This document shows positions 27,127 through 33,479 of a DNA stretch of 33,479 nt, one piece after another. The stretch lies in IMG/VR virus record IMGVR_UViG_2778261246_000010; one strand, given 5' to 3'. Source of the stretch: a virus (Duplodnaviria > Heunggongvirae > Uroviricota > Caudoviricetes). A program made the position numbers and the translations under genes. The notes beneath the pieces are model-generated. The model was not told the DNA's origin. It saw only the letters and a list, made by a program, of their open reading frames with translations, and did not search any database. The stretch's first letter is position 1. Each line of letters starts with the position of its first letter.

Positions 27127-27394
27127 TCCCTTTTCCCGGCTGGCAGCGCGTATGGATGCGATCACGGTCAGAAAGATGGGAAAGACAGCCTCGATTAATG
27201 ATGTCGATATGGCTGTGATCCCGGGCGAAACACTGGCAGAGCTGAATGCTCTGTCCGGACCTGCGGTCTCTCTGGTGGTGTTTTCTTCGGGATACCGCCC
27301 ACGGCGCGGGGATCGCGTTGTTTATGACGGACAACAATGGACGGTCACACGGCATGAACGTTTTAACGGTAAGCCAATGATCTTTATTGAGTAA
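27119..27394 (+). CDS. Head-tail connector (lambda FII-like)
   Basis: N-terminus MSDPFSRLAARMDAI and RRGD motif parallel lambda FII. Confidence 0.6.
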   Translation: MSDPFSRLAARMDAITVRKMGKTASINDVDMAVIPGETLAELNALSGPAVSLVVFSSGYRPRRGDRVVYDGQQWTVTRHERFNGKPMIFIE

Positions 27395-27405
27395 AGAGGT
27401 GTGGG

Positions 27406-27996
27406 ATGAAGGGGCTTGAGAATGCCATCCGCAATCTGAACAGCCTTGATACCCGTATGGTGCCACAGGCCAGCGCATGGGCGATAAACCGTGTGGCACA
27501 GAAAGCGGTCTCGGTTGCCACCCGGCAGGTTGCCGGGAATACCGTTGCGGGAGATAACCAGGTGAAAGGGATCCCCCTGAAACTGGTACGTCAGCGTGTC
27601 CGGGTGTTTAAAGCCAGTCCGTCAGGAAAAATGACGGCCAGGATCCGCGTTAACCGGGGCAATCTGCCCGCCATCAAACTGAACACAACACGGCGGCGTG
27701 CTGGTGAAGGACTGAGAGTGGGAAAATACTTTTTCCGGGGGGCATTTGTTCAGCAACTGGCGAATGGCCGCTGGCATGTTTTGAGGCGTCTTCCTGAAGC
27801 GCGTTTTGCAACAGGGCATGACCATCAGGGCAGGCCAAGAAAAAATCGTCTTCCTGTGGAGGTAGTGAAAATCCCGCTGTCCGGACCGCTGACACAGGCA
27901 TTTGAAGATGCCCGCGACCGCATCATTGCTGCGGAAATGCCGAAACAGCTGGGGTATGCACTGAAACAACAACTGAGGTTATGGCTGACCCGATGA
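27406..27996 (+). CDS. Tail completion protein (lambda Z-like)
   Basis: 196-aa ORF between the FII-like and U genes, as in lambda; AGAGGTG Shine-Dalgarno. Confidence 0.55.
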   Translation: MKGLENAIRNLNSLDTRMVPQASAWAINRVAQKAVSVATRQVAGNTVAGDNQVKGIPLKLVRQRVRVFKASPSGKMTARIRVNRGNLPAIKLNTTRRRAGEGLRVGKYFFRGAFVQQLANGRWHVLRRLPEARFATGHDHQGRPRKNRLPVEVVKIPLSGPLTQAFEDARDRIIAAEMPKQLGYALKQQLRLWLTR

Positions 27997-28394
27997 ACCG
28001 ACATACACAAATCCGCCAGGCCGTACTGGCACGCCTTCGGGAACAGTGTGGAGACAGCGCCACGTTTTTTGACGGGCTTCCGGCATTTATTGATGCGCAG
28101 GAACTGCCTGCCGTGGCGGTGTGGCTGAGTGATGCTCAGTACACCGGAAAAATGACGGATGAAGATGACTGGCAGGCTGTTCTGCATATTGCTGTCTTCA
28201 TCCGGGCACAGGCACCGGATTCAGAGCTGGATATGTGGATGGAGAGCACCATTTTCCCGGCCCTGAATGATATACCGGCACTTTCCGGACTCATCGACAC
28301 CCTGATCCCTCTCGGTTTTAACTATCAACGTGATAATGAGATGGCCACCTGGGCGATGGCGGAAATCACGTACCAGATCACGTACACGAATTAA
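27993..28394 (+). CDS. U: Tail terminator protein U
   Basis: Matches lambda gpU (ATFFDG...AVAV.L..A.YTG...D.WQA.LHI.VF); ATGA overlap with the Z-like gene. Confidence 0.85.
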   Translation: MNRHTQIRQAVLARLREQCGDSATFFDGLPAFIDAQELPAVAVWLSDAQYTGKMTDEDDWQAVLHIAVFIRAQAPDSELDMWMESTIFPALNDIPALSGLIDTLIPLGFNYQRDNEMATWAMAEITYQITYTN

Positions 28395-28405
28395 AGGAGG
28401 TGGCA

Positions 28406-29149
28406 ATGACCACACCAAATCCACTGGCAAAAACGAAAGGTGCGGGAACGACGTTCTGGATGTACACCGGCAAGGGCGATGCGTTTGCGAACCCTTTATC
28501 GGACACTGACTGGCTGCGTCTTGCGATGGTGAAGGATCTGCAACCTGGCGAAATGACCGCTGATGCAGAAGATGACACTTATCTCGATGATGAAGATGCA
28601 GACTGGAAAACGACAACCCAGGGGCAGAAATCCGTCGGTGATACTTCGGCGACGCTGGCCTGGCGTCCGGGTGACAGCGGGCAGAAAAAACTGGTTCAGT
28701 TGTTCGACTCCGGTGAAGTCTGCGCGTTTCGTATCAAATATCCCAACGGTACTGTTGATGTTTTCCGTGGCTGGCTGAGTTCACTGGGTAAAACCATTGC
28801 CTCAAAAGACGTGATGACCCGCACCGTGAAAATCAGCGGTGTGGGGCGTCCATATCTGGCAGAGGAGGGCACTGAAACCGTTGGCGTTACCGGGCTGACG
28901 GTGGCACCGGCATCCGCCAGTGTCAATGTGGGAGCAACCACCACGCTGACCTTTACAGTAAAACCTGACGGAGCCAGTGACAAAGCGATCAGTGTGCATT
29001 CGACAGATCCACAGACTGCCACGGTGACCCTGAACGGGCTTGTGGCCACGGTGAAAGGCGTGAAGCAGGGCAGTGTCAGCATTGTGGGCATGACTTCTGA
29101 CGGCGATTTTGTGGCAGTGGCTACGGTGGCTGTCAGCGCCGCAGGTTAA
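28406..29149 (+). CDS. V: Major tail protein V with C-terminal Ig-like domain
   Basis: Matches lambda gpV (KGAGTT.W.Y.G.GD..ANPLSD.DW, FRGW.SS.GK); AAGGAGGTG Shine-Dalgarno. Confidence 0.9.
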   Translation: MTTPNPLAKTKGAGTTFWMYTGKGDAFANPLSDTDWLRLAMVKDLQPGEMTADAEDDTYLDDEDADWKTTTQGQKSVGDTSATLAWRPGDSGQKKLVQLFDSGEVCAFRIKYPNGTVDVFRGWLSSLGKTIASKDVMTRTVKISGVGRPYLAEEGTETVGVTGLTVAPASASVNVGATTTLTFTVKPDGASDKAISVHSTDPQTATVTLNGLVATVKGVKQGSVSIVGMTSDGDFVAVATVAVSAAG

Positions 29150-29170
29150 CAGGACGATACTCATCATTTG

Positions 29171-29193
29171 CCCCGGTTATCCGGGGCTTTTTT
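29171..29193 (+). terminator. Intrinsic terminator after V
   Basis: CCCCGG-ttat-CCGGGG followed by CTTTTTT. Confidence 0.6.
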
Positions 29194-29206
29194 ACAGGTG
29201 GAGAAC

Positions 29207-29596
29207 ATGATGTTTCTGAAACAGGGCACGTTTAATTATGAAAAGCAGTCCGTGGTGCTCAGTGAGCTGTCCGGGCTGCAGAGAATTGAATATCTGACGT
29301 TTGTTCAGCAGCGAACGGCAAAGTTTGATGCCGAAGAGGGAGAACTGCCGGAGGCTGAACGACAGATTGCTTTTCTGCGGATGGGGATGGATATCAATGC
29401 CTGGCTGGTTTCCCGCTCACTGTGGAATGCGGAACAGTCTCAGGATGTTGAGACGCTTTGCGCATCCGTTATTACAACATGGTCGTATGATGCCCTGGGA
29501 GCGGGGGCGGAGATGGTTCTGTCGCTGAGCGGTATGGGAGCCATTGAGAATGCCGGGGATTTTGAGCATGAGGCGCTGACGCCGGAAAAGTCCTGA
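29207..29596 (+). CDS. G: Tail assembly chaperone G
   Basis: MMFLKQ start after a GGTGGAG Shine-Dalgarno; similar to lambda gpG (LSELS.LQRIE.L). Confidence 0.8.
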   Translation: MMFLKQGTFNYEKQSVVLSELSGLQRIEYLTFVQQRTAKFDAEEGELPEAERQIAFLRMGMDINAWLVSRSLWNAEQSQDVETLCASVITTWSYDALGAGAEMVLSLSGMGAIENAGDFEHEALTPEKS

Positions 29597-29934
29597 CGCG
29601 GGAAATGCAGTTTGTCATGCGCCTTGCCCGGGAGTTCCGGCGGGCAGACTGGCGGCGGATGCTGTCGGAAATGTCGGCCACTGAGCTTGGTGAGTGGGGC
29701 GATTATTTCCGGATGCAGAGCTTCAGTGATGTGTGGATGGATGCGCAGTTTGCCTCGCTGAAGGCATTGATCGTGAGAATGGTGTCCGGCAGCAGTGATG
29801 CTGCGGTGGCTGATTTCAGCCTTTTACCGGAAGAGAACGGGATACCGGAGCGAACGGACGAAGAACTGATGCATCTTGGGGAAGGTATTTCCGGAGGTGT
29901 GCGTTATGGACCAGATAGCCAACCTGGTCATTGA
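29572..29934 (+). CDS. T: T-frame extension of the tail assembly chaperone (expressed as G-T fusion)
   Basis: Open frame in -1 relative to G, continuing to just inside the tape-measure gene; synteny with lambda G/GT. Confidence 0.65.
   Translation, partial: GADAGKVLTREMQFVMRLAREFRRADWRRMLSEMSATELGEWGDYFRMQSFSDVWMDAQFASLKALIVRMVSGSSDAAVADFSLLPEENGIPERTDEELMHLGEGISGGVRYGPDSQPGH
29582..29590 (+). other. Probable -1 programmed frameshift site producing the G-T fusion
   Basis: The T frame is open only from 29572 (TGA at 29569-29571) and G stops at 29596, so the shift must occur within this 25-nt overlap; CCG GAA AAG is the only slippery-like run (lambda uses G GGA AAG). Confidence 0.5.
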
Positions 29935-32900
29935 TTTGGGGATTGATGCGGCAGAGTTTAAAAATGAAATTCCCCGTATCAAAAACCTTCTGAATGGTGC
30001 AGCCAGCGATGCAGAACGGTCTTCTGCCCGTATGCAGCGTTTTATGGAGCGTCAGACTCAGGCCGCCCGGCAGACAACGCAGGCGGCTTCTTCGTCTGCA
30101 ACAGCCGCATCCGTCCATGCGCAGACGGTGGAGAAGAACACACAGGCTCATGAACGCATGGCCCGCGAGGTGGAAAAAAACCGCCAGCGCATGGAGGCAC
30201 TGAGCCAGAAAATGCGCGAGGAACAGGCGCAGGCCATGGCTCTGGCGGAGGCTCAGGATAAAGCGGCTGCTGCGTTTTATCGTCAGATTGACAGTGTGAA
30301 ACAGGCCAGTGCGGGGCTGCAGGAATTACAGCGTATTCAGCAGCAGATCCGACAGGCCAGAAACAGTGGCGGGATTGGTCAGCAGGATTATCTGGCGCTG
30401 ATTTCTGAGGTTACGGCGAAAACCCGTGTTCTTACACAGGCTGAGGAAGAGGCTACCCGACAGAAAGTGGCGTTTATCCGTCAGCTTAAAGAGCAGGCAA
30501 CCCGCCAGAATCTTTCATCTTCTGAGTTGCTTCGTGCTAAGGCAGCCCAGCTGGGGGTAAGCAGTGCTGCAGAAGTGTATATCCGCAAAATGGAGCAGGC
30601 AGGAAAAGCCACGCATTCGCTGGGTCTGAAAAGTGCAGCGGCCCGCCAGGAGATAGGCGTTCTGATAGGTGAACTGGCCCGCGGCAATTTAGGTGCGCTG
30701 AGGGGATCCGGGATAACGCTGGCTAACCGTGCCGGATGGATAGACACACTGATGTCACCGAAAGGCATGATGCTGGGCGGGGTTATTGGCGGTATTGCCG
30801 CGGCCGTCTATGGTCTTGGTAAAGCCTGGTATGACGGTCAGAAGGAGGGGGAAGAATTTAACCGGCAGTTGTCGCTGACGGGGCATTATGCCGGAGTCAC
30901 TGCCGGGCAGCTGTGGACGCTCAGTCGTGCTATTTCCGGGAATGGTATCACGCAACATGCTGCAGCCGGTGCGCTGGCTCAGGTGGTGGGGAGTGGTGCA
31001 TTTCGTGGAAACGATATCGGTATGGTGGCGAGAGCTGCCGCACAGATGGAGCGATCGGTTGGCCAGTCGGTCAGCGATACCATAAATCAGTTTAAGCGGC
31101 TGAAGGATGATCCTGTAAATGCCGCGAAGGCTCTGGACAATGAGCTGCATTTTCTTACTGCCACTCAGCTTGAGCAGATACGTGTCCTTGGGGATCAGGG
31201 ACGGTCCAGTGATGCTGCACGGATAGCCATGTCTGCACTGGCAGAGGAAACCGGTCGGCGTACTGCGGATATTGATAATAACCTCAATGCGCTGGGCAGT
31301 ACGCTTCAGACATTGTCTGACTGGTGGAGGCAGTTCTGGGATGCGGCCATGAATATTGGTCGTGAAGACTCGCTGGATGAACAGATTTCGGCGCTGCAGG
31401 AAAAAATTCAGCGTGCGAAGAGATTTCCGTGGACGAACGCGTCCACCACGGTGGAATACGATCAGCAACAACTGGATGCGCTGAAAGAGCGAAAGCGCCA
31501 GCAGGATTTGCAGGATGCAAAAGAGCAGGCAGAGCGGAATTATCAGGAGCAACAGAAACGCCGTAATGCTGAAAATGCTGCGCTGAACCGGATGAATGAA
31601 ACGGAAGCAGCACGACATCAGCGTGAACTTGCGCGTATTAATGCCATGCAGTACGCCGATCAGGCGGTCAGGGATGCAGCGATACAACGTGAAAATGAAC
31701 GTTACGAAAAAGCCATTAAGAAAAAAACGCCTGCCACCCGCAATGATGAGGCCACCCGGTTATTACTGCAGTACAGCCAGCAACAGGCGCAGGTGGAGGG
31801 GCAGATTGCCGCCGCCAGACAGTCAGCAGGCATTGTCACTGAAAGGATGACTGAAGCACATAAACAGCTTCTGGCCCTGCAGCAGCGTATCAGTGACTTA
31901 GCCGGTAAAAAGCTGACGGCAGATGAAAAAAGCATGCTGGCGCATAAGGATGAGCTGGTTCAGGCACTGACGCTGCTGGATGCAAAACAGCAGGAGCTGC
32001 AGAAGCAGACGGCGCTGAATGATTTGAAGAAAAAATCCATTCAGCTTGCCAGCCAGCTGGCGGAAGAGGAACGGGCTCTGCGTCAGCAACATGACCTGGA
32101 TATCGCCACGACAGGGATGGGGGATAAACAGCGTCAGCGATACCAGTCACAGTTCAGTCTGCAACAAAAATATCAGCAGCAGCGGGAACAGCTGGAGCGT
32201 GACAGTAAGCAGAAAGGAACATACGGCACAGATGAATACCGGAATGCTGAGCAGACGCTGACAGACAGTCTTAACCGGCAACTGAACGAAAACAGACGTT
32301 ACTGGCAGGAACAGGAGCTGATGCAGGCAGACTGGAAAAAGGGTGCCATGCGGGCTTTTCAGAGTTTTACAGAGAATGCGGATAATGCGGCGGGTACCGC
32401 TGAGCAGTTGTTTAATACCGCGTTCAGTAGCATGGGCAACGGGCTGGCGACGTTCTGTACCACCGGAAAGCTGAATTTTAAATCCTTCACCTCTTCCCTG
32501 TTGTCGGATATGGCAAAAATTATGGCACAGATGGCGATGATGCAGGCAGTAAAGGGCGTTGGTAGTGCACTGGGGCTGGGTTCTGTTCTCGGCAGTCTTT
32601 CCTTTAATGCCTGTGGTGGTGTTTATCAGTCTGCTGATTTGAGTCGCTACAGTGGCACAGTGGTTAACCGTCCGACGTTTTTTGCTTTTGCAAAAGGCGC
32701 TGGTGTGATGGGCGAGGCCGGGCCTGAAGCCATTCTGCCACTGCGTCGTGGTGCTGACGGCAAACTGGGGGTTGTGGCAGCGACCAGTGGTGCGGGTATG
32801 GCGATGTTTGCCCCGCAGTACCACATTGAGATTAATAATGACGGCACGAACGGGCAGATAGGCCCGGCTGCACTGAAGGTGGTGTATGACCTCGGGAAAA

Positions 32901-32968
32901 AAGCAGCAGCTGACTTTATGCAACAGCAGTCCCGTGATGGTGGGCTGTTATCCGGAGGTGGACGATGA
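29906..32968 (+). CDS. H: Tail tape measure protein H
   Basis: About 1020-aa ORF, long coiled-coil/Gln-rich middle; GGAGGTG Shine-Dalgarno; position after G/T. Confidence 0.9.
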   Translation: MDQIANLVIDLGIDAAEFKNEIPRIKNLLNGAASDAERSSARMQRFMERQTQAARQTTQAASSSATAASVHAQTVEKNTQAHERMAREVEKNRQRMEALSQKMREEQAQAMALAEAQDKAAAAFYRQIDSVKQASAGLQELQRIQQQIRQARNSGGIGQQDYLALISEVTAKTRVLTQAEEEATRQKVAFIRQLKEQATRQNLSSSELLRAKAAQLGVSSAAEVYIRKMEQAGKATHSLGLKSAAARQEIGVLIGELARGNLGALRGSGITLANRAGWIDTLMSPKGMMLGGVIGGIAAAVYGLGKAWYDGQKEGEEFNRQLSLTGHYAGVTAGQLWTLSRAISGNGITQHAAAGALAQVVGSGAFRGNDIGMVARAAAQMERSVGQSVSDTINQFKRLKDDPVNAAKALDNELHFLTATQLEQIRVLGDQGRSSDAARIAMSALAEETGRRTADIDNNLNALGSTLQTLSDWWRQFWDAAMNIGREDSLDEQISALQEKIQRAKRFPWTNASTTVEYDQQQLDALKERKRQQDLQDAKEQAERNYQEQQKRRNAENAALNRMNETEAARHQRELARINAMQYADQAVRDAAIQRENERYEKAIKKKTPATRNDEATRLLLQYSQQQAQVEGQIAAARQSAGIVTERMTEAHKQLLALQQRISDLAGKKLTADEKSMLAHKDELVQALTLLDAKQQELQKQTALNDLKKKSIQLASQLAEEERALRQQHDLDIATTGMGDKQRQRYQSQFSLQQKYQQQREQLERDSKQKGTYGTDEYRNAEQTLTDSLNRQLNENRRYWQEQELMQADWKKGAMRAFQSFTENADNAAGTAEQLFNTAFSSMGNGLATFCTTGKLNFKSFTSSLLSDMAKIMAQMAMMQAVKGVGSALGLGSVLGSLSFNACGGVYQSADLSRYSGTVVNRPTFFAFAKGAGVMGEAGPEAILPLRRGADGKLGVVAATSGAGMAMFAPQYHIEINNDGTNGQIGPAALKVVYDLGKKAAADFMQQQSRDGGLLSGGGR

Positions 32969-33294
32969 AAACCTTCCGCTGGAAAGTGAAACCCGGTATG
33001 GATGTGGCTTCGGCCCCTTCCGTCAGGAAGGTGCGCTTTGGTGATGGCTATTCCCAGCGAGCGCCTGCCGGGCTGAATGCCGACCTGAAAACGTACAGCG
33101 TGACGCTTTCTGTTCCCCGCGAGGAGGCCATGGCACTGGAATCGTTTCTGGCTGAGCACGGGGGCTGGAAGGCCTTTCTGTGGACGCCGCCTTATGGCTA
33201 CCGGCAGATAAAGGTGACCTGCGCAAAATGGTCGTCTCGGGTCAGTATGTTGCGTGTTGAGTTTAGCGCAGAGTTTGAACAGGTGGTGAACTGA
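32965..33294 (+). CDS. M: Minor tail protein M
   Basis: 109 aa, colinear with lambda gpM. Confidence 0.85.
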   Translation: MKTFRWKVKPGMDVASAPSVRKVRFGDGYSQRAPAGLNADLKTYSVTLSVPREEAMALESFLAEHGGWKAFLWTPPYGYRQIKVTCAKWSSRVSMLRVEFSAEFEQVVN

Positions 33295-33479
33295 TGCAGG
33301 ATATCCGGCAGGAAACACTGAATGAATGCACCCGTGCGGAGCAGTCGGCCAGCGTGGTGCTCTGGGAAATCGATCTGACAGAGGTCGGTGGTGAACGTTA
33401 TTTTTTCTGTAATGAGCAGAACGAAAAAGGTGAGCCGGTTACCTGGCAGGGGCGGCAGTATCAGGCCTATCCCATTCAG
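33294..33479 (+). CDS. L: Minor tail protein L (5-prime part; truncated by the window end)
   Basis: MQDIRQETLNECTRAEQSASVVLWEIDLTEVGGERYFFCNEQNEKGEP... matches the lambda gpL N-terminus; ATG overlaps the M stop. Confidence 0.85.
   Translation, partial: MQDIRQETLNECTRAEQSASVVLWEIDLTEVGGERYFFCNEQNEKGEPVTWQGRQYQAYPIQ

Noticed and set aside
30755-33318. Long minus-strand ORFs (310, 258 and 223 aa) inside the tape-measure and M genes
   Set aside because: Antisense to genes with clear lambda-tail synteny; low-complexity translations typical of reverse frames of GC-rich repetitive coding sequence.
1-33479. CRISPR arrays, insertion sequences, rRNA genes
   Set aside because: No regularly spaced direct repeats, no transposase-like ORFs with terminal inverted repeats and no rRNA-like segments were seen.

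Overview
The window is almost entirely a lambdoid (lambda-like, mosaic) prophage, flanked on the left by a host LacY-family sugar permease gene (1..1248). Calls rest on reading the ORF translations against remembered lambda-family proteins and on motifs visible in the DNA; no database search was run. Gene order follows the lambda prophage map: excisionase-like gene and exo-xis accessory genes (1.8-4.3 kb, minus strand), exo/bet/gam/kil/cIII/ea10/ral (4.2-7.2 kb), N with nutL, a non-lambda immunity region (cI-type repressor, cro-like, cII), O (with ori iterons), P, ren, a nin region carrying a Dam-type methyltransferase, a non-lambda Q, two tRNA genes, a phage-21-type pinholin and SAR endolysin, a cos site, then terminase, portal, a protease-capsid fusion and lambda-like tail genes (FII, Z, U, V, G/T, H, M, L truncated at the window end). 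Most interesting: (1) a 341-aa AT-rich single-TM protein in the RexAB position downstream of cI, a candidate undescribed exclusion/abortive-infection gene; (2) an atypical lysis region where the Rz/Rz1 spanin position is replaced by a 3-TM protein, an M15 zinc peptidase and a small lipoprotein; (3) an in-frame TAG replacing Trp-10 of ral; (4) no integrase between the excisionase-like gene and the host gene; (5) uncharacterised accessory genes in the exo-xis, nin and late regions.
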